Shown here piece by piece: positions 52,541 to 63,984 of a stretch of DNA of 64,000 nucleotides. The notes beneath the pieces are model-generated. The model was not told the origin of the DNA, ran no database searches, and saw only the letters and a program-made list of their open reading frames with translations. The translations under genes were made by a program, and so were the position numbers. Within the stretch, counting starts at the first letter, position 1. Each line of letters opens with the position of its first letter. The stretch is from an uncultured Phycisphaerales bacterium (GTDB lineage: Bacteria; Planctomycetota; Phycisphaerae; Sedimentisphaerales; Anaerobacaceae): NCBI GenBank assembly GCA_963772725.1, contig CAVYYI010000003.1, positions 64,001-128,000 on the forward strand. Direction: 5' to 3'.

Positions 52541-54988
52541 TTAACTGGAAAGTTTTTTTATGGTCAGGCCAAGCAATTCTGCTGTTTGGCTGGTATTTTC
52601 ATCGAGGAGGTTGATTCGGAATTGTTTGAGGCCAAAAGATTTAAAATGAGAAATAAATTCGGAGCAGGATTTTATCTGGCCGTTAAAAACTGTGCAGCGG
52701 CAGGCGGCATCGGCTATGACCGGATGGCGTACAGAGAAGCAGTCCTGCAACTCAAGTTTTTTTCGGCAAGCCTTATGGCAATCGCGGTTATCTTTTCCTT
52801 TTGAAAGTCTCGCGGCAAAAATGCAATGCTCGGTATAAAACATCGGAATATGGTCATGGATAACTATTTCAAATAAATCGGGAGTAGTCCGGCTAATCAG
52901 AGCCGGTATTTGTTCAATATTGAGGTCGCAGGACGGAGTCAGCCTGGCCAGTCCCCAATCTGCCAGAACTTGTGAGGAGATTTCATTTGCGACGTTAAGG
53001 GTATAATCACCGATTAAGTTTAGCCCAGGGGCGTGCTTTTTGATATACGCGGCGGCGGCAAGGTTTCTGACCAGAACGGAGTCACATTCAGAATTAATAA
53101 TATCATCGAGAAAATGTTCTTCGCCAGGCTTAATAATCCGCAAAGAAGCTAAGGCGACAGGCAGGTGCACATCGCGACATCGACTAACCGCGTCGGCATT
53201 GAGAGAATCGTCCATAAAATCACAGTAAATCATCGCAAGACTTTTCCCATCGCTTTGGAGATACCATTGCAGAACAGCATCAAACTGCTCGGCTGTGCGA
53301 ACCAGGACATATAGACGGTCGGTTTCGATTTGAGCTGCTGAAGGCACATCCTTAATTCGGCGGCGAATTCTTTCAAGTTCGTCTATGCTGCTGACGGCAT
53401 GCCGATAGTTGGCTTTGCGAAGATTCATAAGTTTTTCTATGCCGTCTCTTCTTAAATTATTAAGGACGCTTTTGGGAACCATAACAGGGTCAAGTTTTTC
53501 GGCTTTAACCTCGCTGAGTTCGAAGGGCGTTCCACCAAGACGGCTAAAATGGTCATTTACCAAATCAATCGTAAGGGGATGCTTATCAGCTTTTTCGAGC
53601 GGCTGCGGCCAGGTTACCTGGACTTTGTTTTGGCAATCATCGCTGATAATTATTTTGAGAGGCTGGCCAATAACCGCGAAGACACTGATATTAAGCGGTA
53701 CAGGATTTACTACATCTACTTTAGAGAAGGATTTTTCGAGAATTTTGCGGACGGCGGGGTCATCGGTTTTCCAGACAAGGCTTTGTGGGGCAATCTGGGT
53801 TAAATCAACATCGTTTCTGCCAAAGGCGATGGACAGTTTTTTCGGATTATTGGCGAAAGCCTCTACTTTATATAAACGGCCGCCCTGCTCGGGAATATCG
53901 GGGTGAGTCTGGTCAAAAACAACACCGTCGCCTGGCTTGAGAGGAGCTTTGGGGCCAGATAAGTCATCTGCCAGTTCAACAATTACACCTGCGGGTTTGA
54001 TTTCCGCGACGGTTCCAACAAAAAGGCCTCGTCCTTTTGGAAATCTGCCGTCCACAAGCTCCTGATGATTTTTTCCCGCCAAAAAGCCCTCAGTAAAACC
54101 GCGTGAAAAGCCTTGAATAAGATTTAATTGCTGTTCGGCGGATAAATGAAAGGCTTTGTTTTGCAGGGCATGGTTGAGAGCATCGCGGTAAGCGGCGACG
54201 GCGGCGGCAACATAGTTGGCATTTTTGAGCCTGCCTTCGATTTTAAAGCCTTTGATACCGAGGTTCACAAGTTCGCGGATATGTTTGTACGCGGCAAGGT
54301 CCTTGGGGCTGAGTAAATATCTTTTGTCACAGCTTTCATCAATTTTACCATCAACAATGAGCTTATAGGGCATACGGCATAATTGAGCACATATACCGCG
54401 ATTTGCACTTCGGCCTGTCAGAGACAGGCTCGCGAGGCATTGGCCGCTGTAAGAAATACACAAAGCGCCGTGGACAAAAACCTCAAGCTCAACGGCGGTT
54501 TTTTGCGCTATATCGCTAATCTGCTCAATTGATAACTCGCGGGCGAGAATTACGCGTTTGATGCCGATTTGGGCGACAAGATTAATTCCGCCTGAGTCGG
54601 TAAGGGTCATCTGTGTTGAGGCATGAACCGGCAGTTCCGGGGACATTTTTGAAACCAGGTACGCAAGGCCCAAATCCTGAACAATGACCGCGTCGGCGCC
54701 GGCGTGAGCGATAGCTATTATATATTCAGCGGCCTTTGGCAGTTCATCGGGGAAAATCAGGGTGTTGAAAGTGATGTAGGCCTTAACGTTATGGCGATGC
54801 AGAAAATCCACTGAGGCTTCGAGTTTATCGAGGGGGAAATTCTCCGCCCGGCGGCGGGCGTTAAATTCAGGCAGGCCAAAATAAACCGCGTCGGCGCCGT
54901 TGGCGACGGCGGCTTTTAAGGCGTCCATATTTCCAGCGGTCGCCAAAAGTTCGGCCTGTTTTTTAATATCTTTTCGCAATTTTGTCAT
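52541..54988 (-). CDS. U32 peptidase family protein, long form (RlhA-like RNA hydroxylation protein)
   Basis: ELLATAG, GADAVYFG, HASTQM, EVFVHGALCISYSGQC, SANRGICAQLCR, KIEGR. Confidence 0.88.
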   Translation of the reverse strand: MTKLRKDIKKQAELLATAGNMDALKAAVANGADAVYFGLPEFNARRRAENFPLDKLEASVDFLHRHNVKAYITFNTLIFPDELPKAAEYIIAIAHAGADAVIVQDLGLAYLVSKMSPELPVHASTQMTLTDSGGINLVAQIGIKRVILARELSIEQISDIAQKTAVELEVFVHGALCISYSGQCLASLSLTGRSANRGICAQLCRMPYKLIVDGKIDESCDKRYLLSPKDLAAYKHIRELVNLGIKGFKIEGRLKNANYVAAAVAAYRDALNHALQNKAFHLSAEQQLNLIQGFSRGFTEGFLAGKNHQELVDGRFPKGRGLFVGTVAEIKPAGVIVELADDLSGPKAPLKPGDGVVFDQTHPDIPEQGGRLYKVEAFANNPKKLSIAFGRNDVDLTQIAPQSLVWKTDDPAVRKILEKSFSKVDVVNPVPLNISVFAVIGQPLKIIISDDCQNKVQVTWPQPLEKADKHPLTIDLVNDHFSRLGGTPFELSEVKAEKLDPVMVPKSVLNNLRRDGIEKLMNLRKANYRHAVSSIDELERIRRRIKDVPSAAQIETDRLYVLVRTAEQFDAVLQWYLQSDGKSLAMIYCDFMDDSLNADAVSRCRDVHLPVALASLRIIKPGEEHFLDDIINSECDSVLVRNLAAAAYIKKHAPGLNLIGDYTLNVANEISSQVLADWGLARLTPSCDLNIEQIPALISRTTPDLFEIVIHDHIPMFYTEHCIFAARLSKGKDNRDCHKACRKKLELQDCFSVRHPVIADAACRCTVFNGQIKSCSEFISHFKSFGLKQFRINLLDENTSQTAELLGLTIKKLSS

Positions 54989-55340
54989 CCGTAAACCTTT
55001 TTGAGTATCTTACCTTATTTGATGATTCAGTTACAAGCTGAACTTTTGCCGTAAATAAAAATCAGACACGGATTCCTTCGACAAGCACAAGACAGATAAC
55101 GCGGTGATTTTAGACACGGATTTACACAGATTAACACTGTTTTTTATGAAAAAATTAAGGATAAATATATAAGGTAACATATTGCAAACAAAGAACTTAT
55201 AAAAGAGCAACGTAAAAATCATACATAAAAAGCAGAGAGTTTGGGGATTGTAATATGGAAAATCGTATAATTAATAGAAAATTACTTTGATAAAGGGGTA
55301 TTTATTATTGTATAATACGGTATCAGACAGGAGATAATGG

Positions 55341-57092
55341 ATGCGGAAAATAATTTTAGCGCTCGTGTATTTGTCGATTTCCGCCCTTTGCGGGGCGGAG
55401 ATAATTACCGTTGATAATGATGCGCCGGCGGATTTTAATAATATTCAGGCGGCGATAGATTCAGCAAATAACGGCGATATTGTTATCATTTCTCCTGGTA
55501 CCTATAGTGGTAATGGTAACAGGGACATAGATTTCAAAGGCAAGGCCATCACGGTTCGTAGCACTGAACCAAACAACCCCAATATTGTGGCTGCGACGAT
55601 TATTGATTGTAATGGCGATTGGTTTGACGAACATCGAGGATTTGTTTTTCATAGCAACGAAGACAGCAATTCCGTCATCAGCGGATTAAGCATAATAAAT
55701 GGTTATAGTGTACCTTTCGAAACTCAGATTGATGGTGTACAAGCTATATTTAATGAGGGTGGTGCTGTTTTTTGTTGTCAAAGCAGCCCTATTATTAAAA
55801 AATGCTTATTTACGAATAATCGCGCTTTACGTGGTGGAGCGATTGGCTGTGAAGTGGATGCAAATGTAACTATTATAGGTTGCGAGATATCAAACAATAT
55901 TGCTCTACTTGACTTTGGAAACGGCGGAGACGGAGGGGGAATACACATACACTACTCAACGGCTATAATTGAGGACTGTTTGATTAGTAATAATCAAGCT
56001 TATGCTGCAGGAGGAGGAATTTATAACATTGGTATCGATGTAAATAGCCTGATATTGAAAAGATGCAAAATAATTAATAATTATGCAAATATTACAGCCA
56101 GTGCTTCTGGGGGTGGAATAATGTGCTATGGCTCAATAAATATTATTGGATGTCTCATTGCAGATAATACATCAAAAAGCTCAGGGGGCGGTCTTCGGCT
56201 TATAAATGAAATTAGTTCAATAAGCGAATGCACAATTGCAGGAAATCGCTCTCAGCACGATATAGGAGGCGGTCTTTGTTTCTCAGGCGATATGTCTATC
56301 AGTAATAGTATTTTCTGGGATAATCTTGCACCAGATGGAAAAGACATAGGCATATACAGTGGGAGCGGTGGTGGGCTGCCTGGTCAAGGGCATATTTCTA
56401 CTTTTAAAGTATCCTACAGCGACATCAAAAATGGTCAATCCGGGATATATATTATTGGTGATTCTAATTGGCTTGCCCTGGACTGGGGGATTGGCAATAT
56501 TGATACTGACCCATGTTTTGGCAATTTATTAAACGGTGACTTTCAATTATGCTCATCGGCTGGGCGATACGATTCTAATATTTATAAAAAAAGCGACTTA
56601 AATGGAGATGAAATTGTAAATTTATATGATTTTGCCATTTTTGCAGACTTCTGGAATCTTGCTGATTCAAATTTACCAGCCGACCTTGATTATGATGGCC
56701 AAGTTGGTATTGCCGATCTTGACATATTTGCTGAAAAATTCCTTACCAGAGGTAATTCTGGCGGATGGGTATATGATACTGTAACCAGCCCATGCATAGA
56801 TGCGGGTAATCCGGGAAGTCCTGTGGGCAGTGAACCTTTACCTAACGGGAATCGAATCAATATGGGCGCTTATGGCGGGACGGCTACAGCGAGCAAATCG
56901 CCTGCCAACTGGCGAAGCATTGCCGACCTGAATAACGATGATAATGTGGACAGGCTGGATTTGGCGGCTTTTGCGAGTTTCTGGCTGGATAGCGATTTCG
57001 AACTGCTCGCGGATATGAATCGTGATGGAGTAGTCGATTTCGCCGATTTTGCTATTTTAGCGCAGGATTGGCTGTGGCAAAAAAATATTTAA
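55341..57092 (+). CDS. Secreted right-handed beta-helix protein with dockerin-like repeats
   Basis: Signal peptide, IQAAID, GGAI/GGGI repeats, SPCIDAG, NMGAYGG, four DLNxDxxV..D motifs. Confidence 0.85.
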   Translation: MRKIILALVYLSISALCGAEIITVDNDAPADFNNIQAAIDSANNGDIVIISPGTYSGNGNRDIDFKGKAITVRSTEPNNPNIVAATIIDCNGDWFDEHRGFVFHSNEDSNSVISGLSIINGYSVPFETQIDGVQAIFNEGGAVFCCQSSPIIKKCLFTNNRALRGGAIGCEVDANVTIIGCEISNNIALLDFGNGGDGGGIHIHYSTAIIEDCLISNNQAYAAGGGIYNIGIDVNSLILKRCKIINNYANITASASGGGIMCYGSINIIGCLIADNTSKSSGGGLRLINEISSISECTIAGNRSQHDIGGGLCFSGDMSISNSIFWDNLAPDGKDIGIYSGSGGGLPGQGHISTFKVSYSDIKNGQSGIYIIGDSNWLALDWGIGNIDTDPCFGNLLNGDFQLCSSAGRYDSNIYKKSDLNGDEIVNLYDFAIFADFWNLADSNLPADLDYDGQVGIADLDIFAEKFLTRGNSGGWVYDTVTSPCIDAGNPGSPVGSEPLPNGNRINMGAYGGTATASKSPANWRSIADLNNDDNVDRLDLAAFASFWLDSDFELLADMNRDGVVDFADFAILAQDWLWQKNI

Positions 57093-57255
57093 CAACGAAT
57101 TAATACGAATAAACACAAAAATTATTAACCGCAAGGACACAGAGTTCGCAGAGATTTTTCAATCGGAAATCTAAAATCCAACATTGTTTTCACGTTTATG
57201 GATAGATAAATTTTTGTCTTGAATAATACATATTGAATTTGTAGTCTGTTCGGCT

Positions 57256-59822
57256 ATGGATAATATACGGCGGAAATTGGAAGTGATTGACTCGCAACTG
57301 GGCGGGGGAAAAGATTTTCACGGCTGGATTTCAAGAACGGCTCCCCTGCTGTTTACGGGCGTCGGATTAATCTTAGGTATTCTGATACAATATTCAATAA
57401 GTGCGCCGATGTATGTCTGGCTGGCGATACTTGGTATTTGCGCGGTCGGGGCATTGGTGCTGTTTTTCGGGAAGAGAACAGAGAACAAAAGCCCGCAACT
57501 CGGCTGTTTAGCGTTCGTGTGTTTTGTATGCCTTGGGGCAATTCGTATGACAAGTTATTCGCATATCGGCCCTAATGATATAGCCAATTTTGTCGGCGAG
57601 GAACGCAGACTGGCGAGCGTTCGCGGGATAATCGCTACCGAGCCTTATGTTAAAGACAACAATGACTGGGCATTCGGACGGTTTAAGCCTAATGACCCGC
57701 AGACAAGTTTTTATCTGAAGGTAAAAGAGGTCGAGGCGGTCAACGGGTGGGTAAGGGCAGAGGGTCTTTTGCGGGTGCAGGTCAATGAGCCGGTAAAAGA
57801 CCTTAAGTTCGGCGATTTTATAATGATGTACTGCTGGCTGGAACGATTCAACGGGCCGGGAAATCCGGGACAATTCGATATGGCAAAATATCTGGCCAGA
57901 AAAAACGCTTTTGTTGGAGCATCGGTCGATATGCGGGATGGCATCGAAGTTCTGGACGGCGGTACGGCAGGACTGTGGAGAAAATTGCACAGAAGATTGA
58001 AAAATATAGCGGTGGAGGCGGCGGTTGGTGAGGCACCGGTGGAAGAATCGGGTAAAGGACTGCTGGAGGCGTTATTGCTCGGATACCGCTCAAATATGGG
58101 CAGCGGGACATTTGAGGCGTTTCGCGAGACTGGACTTGCGCATTTTATATGTCTGTCGGGGTTTAATTTCGCGATTCTGATTGGGGTAGTGTGGTGGCTG
58201 TGCAAGACCATCGGCCTGAGAAGAAAGATGGGGGCGGCGGTGTGTATGTTTGCAGCCATACTATTTCTATTAGTTATTCCTCCGCAGGCGCGGCGCTGCG
58301 TGCTGCAGTTATATGTTTTGTCTTCTGCATGTCGTTTTTCTTTCAGCGGAGTCCCAATTCGCTCAATTCGCTATCACTGGCGGCGATGATTCTGCTTCTC
58401 ATAAGGCCGACTGAATTGTTCGAGGTTGACTGGCAATTATCGTTCGCGTCGGTATTGGGGATATTATTATTTACAGAGCGGATACATTTTTTCCTGTACG
58501 AAAAGATAACAGGACAATCATGGTTCAGGAAAAAACCGATGACCAGGCCTTTCTTCAGGATAGTCCCCCGTCTGGGGCCAGGATTATTGAACGTGTTTTC
58601 AGTGGGCCTGGCGGCATGGGCAGGCAGCGCGGGTATTATCCTGTATCACTTTTATACGATTAACTGGTTAGTGAGCATCTGGACTTTGCTTGTGTCGCCC
58701 CTGATAACGGCAATTTCGATTATCGGGTATCTGAAAATTTTAGCAGCTTTTGTCTTGCCGAGCGTCGCCAATATTATGGGAGTAGTCGCGATAAAATTAT
58801 GCAATATTTTGATTTGGATTATCCGATACGTAGCCAGTTGGAATATATCGGATATACTGATGGGCAATGTTCCGATTACGGTAATTATCCTGTACTATGC
58901 CGCAATAATGTATGCGGCTTTTGGGGGGTTTAAGCGGCCTCTAATCAAGAAAGTGATATTGGTGTCAGCAGTTTCGGTAATAGTAATTTTTATCGGCACA
59001 TTAAAATGGCAGCGAACTTATCGTGACAGCCTTATCGTAAATGTTCTCGATGTTGGGCATGGTCAGGCGATACTGGCACAGATGCCGGGAAAGGCAAATA
59101 TATTATTTGACGCAGGCTCAATGTTTTACAGCGATATAGGGAGAAAGGCGGTACTGCCTTTTTTGAGTTATAACGGAATCAGCCGAACGGATGCGATTGT
59201 TATAAGTCATAACGACACGGACCATATTAACGGGATACCGGAGATTGCCGAAGGCTGCAAAGTTGGTGCGGTTTATGCCAACTGCGAATTTTTTAATAAG
59301 AAAAAAGACACCTCAGAATTTCTGAATGACTTTTTGAAAACCAGGAATCTAACCATAAAACTTTTGGAAACAAAAATGAATATAAACAGCCAAGCGAAGA
59401 TAAAGGCGCTTTGGCCTGTGGCGCAAGATGCTGAAAATAAAATGAAGGATAATGACCTGTCGGCGGTTGTGCTGATAGAATTCGGAGGCAGGAGAGTACT
59501 TTTGTGCTCAGACATTGAAAAGGCGGCACAGAGTGAATTACTGCGATTATATCCTGATTTGAAAGTCGATGTTTTGATAGTGCCTCATCATGGCTCGGTA
59601 AAAACAACAGATGCCGACTTCCTAAAAAAACTTGGTGCAAAGATTCTGGTTTACAGTTGCGCACGCAGGGAATATAGCATTGGGCGGTTAATTTCGCCGA
59701 CGAATAACACAGAGGATTTTTATACTCCGAGAGACGGATGTGTTACTGTTCACATTAACAAAAATGGAAAGATAACAACAGATACGTTCCTGACGCGGGC
59801 TGAAAGAAATATTAAAAAGTAA
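57256..59822 (+). CDS. comEC: DNA internalisation competence protein ComEC/Rec2; frameshift near 58285
   Basis: NPGQFD, TGLAH...SG, WQLSF, LDVGHG, SHNDTDH, PHHGS. Confidence 0.92.
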
Positions 59823-59826
59823 ACAA

Positions 59827-59858
59827 AACAGCCCTTACTGTTTCGTGTAAGGGCTGTT
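59827..59858. terminator. Bidirectional terminator between convergent genes
   Basis: AACAGCCCTTAC-8 nt-GTAAGGGCTGTT. Confidence 0.8.
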
Positions 59859-59869
59859 GAAATTCAATC

Positions 59870-60549
59870 TTACTCAGCGATGGTGGTTGGGTTTTTGATA
59901 TGGACAACAATTTCGGCCCTGCGGTTCTTGGCCTTTCCGCTCGCGGTGGTATTTGGAGCGACAGGATTGCTTTCCCCGCAGGCTATTGACCTGATATTAT
60001 TTTCAGGAATACCTTTTTTAATGAGGTATCGCTCAACATTCATAGCCCGTTCTGAAGAAAGCTCAAGTTGTCCGCCCACTTCGATTTCTGGATAGGGTCG
60101 CTATCAGTATAACCGATAACATCTATGTGTTTGCCCTTATATTTGCTGTCGAGAACGGAGTAAATGTGGTCAAGGGTAGAGTTGGTTTTGCTCTTTAGTT
60201 TTGCCTCACCGGAATTAAACAGAATATCGTTCTGGACGGTAACAGTAATAGTTCCAGCGAGAGGGTCGAATTTTACATTCGCATCTTTGCCGAACCCGGT
60301 AACCTCGCCGGCATTCTGTTTCATCTCGTTAATTTTTTTATTAAGTTCGTCTATTGTCTGCTGGCTCTGGGAGAGCTGTTCGTTCAGCTTGCCCTTCTCG
60401 CCCTGTTCGTAAGTCATCCTACCCTCGAGATTTTTGCTTTCCACTTCAAGATTCTGGTATTTTTTCTTCCAGTTTGTACAGCCCGGCAAAATGGTAAGAC
60501 CAATAAGCACAATCAACATTACAATTACATGTTTGCTTCCTGCGTTCAT
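59870..60549 (-). CDS. OmpA/MotB family lipoprotein; frameshift near 60065
   Basis: Lipobox-like LPGC, coiled coil, ILFNSG, GYTD, LS..RA, NRRAEI. Confidence 0.88.
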
Positions 60550-60593
60550 TTTAAATCTCCTTTTTTTTATAAATAAAATTTACGTTTTTACAC

Positions 60594-61748
60594 TCACCTG
60601 TTAAACATCAGTATCCAATAGCTGAAAATACGGTCATGTAGAATCATAACAATAAGGACGCCCAAAGACAAGAAGGGACCATAAGGAATTTGACGAATTT
60701 TTTTAAATATCATCTGGATGGCCGCCCATGCCAAGCCAAAGAACGGGGCGATGAAAAAGGCCACCACAACAAACAGCGGGCCGATGACAGCGCCTGCCGC
60801 GCCCATTAAATGCACATCTCCGAGGCCCATCGCCTCTTTTCCGAAGGCCAGCGTACCGAAGATTCTTGCCCCCCAGACAATGCCGCAGCCGATAAAGTAT
60901 CCCCAAAGACTGCCCATAAATCCGGCAATGACAGGCTTTTGTGAAAAATTCACCCACCAATTGTGAAAATCGGGGCTGATATTGCTGATTTTATAGGCGG
61001 CCAGAGAACAAATAATGACGGGCAGAAGAAAGATAATTTCCCTAAGCATTTCGATGCGATGGTTGAATTTTCCGTCATCCTGCGGTTCTCCCTGCATTTC
61101 AGAGGTTTGCTGGGATTGTGACTGATAACTTCTTTTAATCACACCAGTTATGAGCAGGCAATACGAAATGGCCAAACCAATGGCAGCTCCAAGAGCGAGG
61201 ATAGCGGCAGAAGCGTCGGCAGCAGGTAACAGATAGTTCTGGCTGATATTCGCTGGATTAATTATATAAGCGCCGGCGGCAGAAAAAGCCAGCCCCACAA
61301 CTGTAACAAACCAGCAGATGGACAAAGGTATAATCCACAGTTCGAGGTCTATGGCCGATGCGGCGACAAAAGCTGCCAGAAGAATTAAATGGAGAAGATA
61401 AATAAACCAGCCCCCCTGCATAAAAGGCACGAGGCCTGGCCGGAGATTTGTATAAAAATATGCGTAAAAAAGGCCCGCAAACATAAAGCCTGTCAGTAAT
61501 TCAATAATAAAATATCTGGGTGAGATGGGTGCCTTACAATGTCTGCATCTTCCACCGAGGAGCAGCCATGAGAAAAGGGGAATATTATCGTAAAAACGGA
61601 TGCCGCTGCCGCAGGACGGACACGCGGAGGGCGGAGTAACAATGGATTTATCTCTCGGCAAACGATAGATAACGACATTGAGGAAACTGCCTATACAGCA
61701 GCCAAAGGTAAAAATAAAAGCAAACCAAATCCAAATAGGTACCGCCAC
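60594..61748 (-). CDS. pilD: Prepilin peptidase (A24)
   Basis: [32 protein letters not shown]. Confidence 0.95.
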   Translation of the reverse strand: MAVPIWIWFAFIFTFGCCIGSFLNVVIYRLPRDKSIVTPPSACPSCGSGIRFYDNIPLFSWLLLGGRCRHCKAPISPRYFIIELLTGFMFAGLFYAYFYTNLRPGLVPFMQGGWFIYLLHLILLAAFVAASAIDLELWIIPLSICWFVTVVGLAFSAAGAYIINPANISQNYLLPAADASAAILALGAAIGLAISYCLLITGVIKRSYQSQSQQTSEMQGEPQDDGKFNHRIEMLREIIFLLPVIICSLAAYKISNISPDFHNWWVNFSQKPVIAGFMGSLWGYFIGCGIVWGARIFGTLAFGKEAMGLGDVHLMGAAGAVIGPLFVVVAFFIAPFFGLAWAAIQMIFKKIRQIPYGPFLSLGVLIVMILHDRIFSYWILMFNR

Positions 61749-61927
61749 AACGCCTCCTTTGCGTAACAGGCTTACTTTATTCTCAAACCAATAATATTTT
61801 TATATCACCATTAATAAGTATATCGGGTTCGGCAAAGATAGCAAGAAAGTAATTCATTGACTCGGTTTGAAAATCTCAAGCAAATCCGAAACATTAAACA
61901 ATGACATTTTATTAGTGCATTGTCTCT

Positions 61928-62581
61928 TCAACGAACTATGGATAACGAGCTCCAAACAAATCTGCTATTCAATTTTTCGATGATATTTATAATTTTTTTA
62001 GCGGTGGCGGCTTTGGGGGCAAGCGGGAGTTTGAGCCAGTCTGAGCCGGGGGTTTTGAATTCAACGCTGGAGGCATCAGCCCCAATGGCCGCGGGGGTGT
62101 TGGCGATTATCATATCGAGATTTTTTTCGCGTAATTTCTTTTCAGCGTTGGGCTTAACGTGTCTATCCTCAAGGGCGAACCCGACGACAATTTGATTCTT
62201 TTTATGCAGGCCGGCCCACTTGAGGATGTCGGCGGTGGGCTTTAATTTTATGGTCATCAATTGGCTGCTCTTTTTAATTTTGGTCTTGGAGGGATTAGCA
62301 ACGGTGTAATCCGAGACAGCGGCTGTCATTATCAGGCAGTCGCATTTGGGGAACTGCTTTTTCACCGCTAAAAACATCTCTTTTGCGGTTTTTACATCAA
62401 TAACGCTGGTTTTATCGGGCTTTTTAAGGTTTGTCGGCGCGGTTATCAGGGTAATTTTATGCCCCGCTTTAACGGCGGCAACAGCAAGCGCATAACCCAT
62501 TTTTCCGCTGCCGGCATTAGAAATGAACCGCACAGGGTCAATATATTCCCTCGTCCCGCCTGCTGTAATTAAAAAATGCAT
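61928..62581 (-). CDS. coaB: Phosphopantothenate--cysteine ligase
   Basis: ITAGGTREYIDPVRFISN, AAVSDY, VGFALE. Confidence 0.92.
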   Translation of the reverse strand: MHFLITAGGTREYIDPVRFISNAGSGKMGYALAVAAVKAGHKITLITAPTNLKKPDKTSVIDVKTAKEMFLAVKKQFPKCDCLIMTAAVSDYTVANPSKTKIKKSSQLMTIKLKPTADILKWAGLHKKNQIVVGFALEDRHVKPNAEKKLREKNLDMIIANTPAAIGADASSVEFKTPGSDWLKLPLAPKAATAKKIINIIEKLNSRFVWSSLSIVR

Positions 62582-62589
62582 TTTCCCGT

Positions 62590-63171
62590 TTATTCACGCT
62601 GTTTTAGAGTCGCAGCGATTTTTATTATTTCCGCTAAAATATCCTGCGGCTCAGACATTCTGCCGATAGCGTCGGTGCCGCAGGCCAGTCTCCCCTTTTC
62701 GGGGCCGATGAAGGCGCCGCCCATTTCTTTTACGGTTTTGACGTTTCGCTGGACGGCTGGGTTGTGCCACATATTGTCGTTCATCGCCGGGGCTATGAGC
62801 ATTGGCTTATTCCAGCAGACGCAAAGAACCGTGCTGAGCAAATCGTCGCAGATGCCGTTAGCCATTTTGCCGATGATGTTGGCAGTCGCTGGTACGACGA
62901 CGATTATGTCTGCCCACTCGACTAATTTGACGTGGCTAATTTGAAACTGCTCGGAGGCGGTCCACATCGTAGTAAACACGGCTGAGGCGGTAACGGCCTC
63001 AAAGCTTTTGGGGCCAACCAGTTGGCAGGCCGATTCGGTCATAATGGTGTTTAGTTTGGCCCCGGCGGCGGTGAGCTTACTTGCCAAATCAACGGCTTTG
63101 TAAGCGGCAACCCCGCCGCTAACACCGAGCAATACCTTCAAACCTTCAAGATTTGATTCTTTGCTTAACAT
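62590..63171 (-). CDS. coaC: Phosphopantothenoylcysteine decarboxylase
   Basis: GVSGGVAAYK, PATAN, APAMN, LACG. Confidence 0.92.
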   Translation of the reverse strand: MLSKESNLEGLKVLLGVSGGVAAYKAVDLASKLTAAGAKLNTIMTESACQLVGPKSFEAVTASAVFTTMWTASEQFQISHVKLVEWADIIVVVPATANIIGKMANGICDDLLSTVLCVCWNKPMLIAPAMNDNMWHNPAVQRNVKTVKEMGGAFIGPEKGRLACGTDAIGRMSEPQDILAEIIKIAATLKQRE

Positions 63172-63174
63172 CGG

Positions 63175-63405
63175 TTATTTCATCTTACCAGAAGGAGCCG
63201 TATCGCTTGTGCCGTAGTCGATGGTAATCTTGTCCTGTTTAATTTCCTCGATGACAATCTCGAGCTGGGTCTTACCCTCAGTATCCTCGATAAGCGGACG
63301 CGAACCCGTAAGTAGTTCCTGAAGGCGCTTTTGAACCAGCGCAGTCAATTTGAATCTTCCGCCAACCTTGTTGGCAATTTCTTTACCTTTTAGGTCTTCT
63401 ATCAT
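63175..63405 (-). CDS. rpoZ: RNA polymerase omega subunit
   Basis: KVGGRFKLTALVQKR; gmk-rpoZ-coa synteny. Confidence 0.9.
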   Translation of the reverse strand: MIEDLKGKEIANKVGGRFKLTALVQKRLQELLTGSRPLIEDTEGKTQLEIVIEEIKQDKITIDYGTSDTAPSGKMK

Positions 63406-63408
63406 TAT

Positions 63409-63984
63409 TTATCTCCGACAATTCTCAATTACATGGATAACCTCGTTCACTGTATGTTCAAGGTCATCGTTTACAATTTTATATTCATAACAGTTTTCGG
63501 CGGCCTTTATTTCCGCCATCGCACCGTCGAGGCGTTTTTTAACAATATCGGCGGTGTCTCTTTTTCTTCCACTTATACGCTTTACAAGCTCACTATTGTT
63601 CGGCGGTAAAATAAAAATCATTACTGCGTCGGGGCATTTAGCCTTTATCATTTTGCCGCCCTGGACGTCAATTTCCAGAATAACGGTTTTGCCATGATTT
63701 AACGCCTGGTCAACTTTTTCTTTGGGCGTTCCGTAAAAATTTCCGAACACCTCGGCGCATTCGAGCAGCAGGTCATTTTTTACCCTGCTGGCAAACTCGT
63801 CTTTGGTTATAAACCAGTAATCTTTGCCGTCAACTTCTGCGGCAGATTTCGGTCTTGTCGTAACCGAAACGCTAAGATAAGCATCGCTCAGCCTTTTAAC
63901 GACCGCCCTGCAAATGGTACTTTTGCCCACACCGGAAGGCCCGCTAATTACCACCACTTTCCCTTTTTTCGTTTCCGCGGTCAT
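63409..63984 (-). CDS. gmk: Guanylate kinase
   Basis: SGPSGVGKST, TTRP, YGT, LEIDVQG. Confidence 0.97.
   Translation of the reverse strand: MTAETKKGKVVVISGPSGVGKSTICRAVVKRLSDAYLSVSVTTRPKSAAEVDGKDYWFITKDEFASRVKNDLLLECAEVFGNFYGTPKEKVDQALNHGKTVILEIDVQGGKMIKAKCPDAVMIFILPPNNSELVKRISGRKRDTADIVKKRLDGAMAEIKAAENCYEYKIVNDDLEHTVNEVIHVIENCRR

Noticed and set aside
15736..60549. Frameshifts in proB, iscS, hisS, ykgJ, carB, metG, PSP1, the sigma factor, pilC, comEC, ompA, dam, the tail hub and others, read as pseudogenes or programmed recoding
   Set aside because: They are scattered single-base indels, also hit essential synthetases and share no slippery motif, so sequencing error explains them best
61928..63171. 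Split coaC/coaB as a novelty or an artefact
   Set aside because: Each half has its own start and stop and complete motifs, and separate CoaB and CoaC proteins are known in other bacteria
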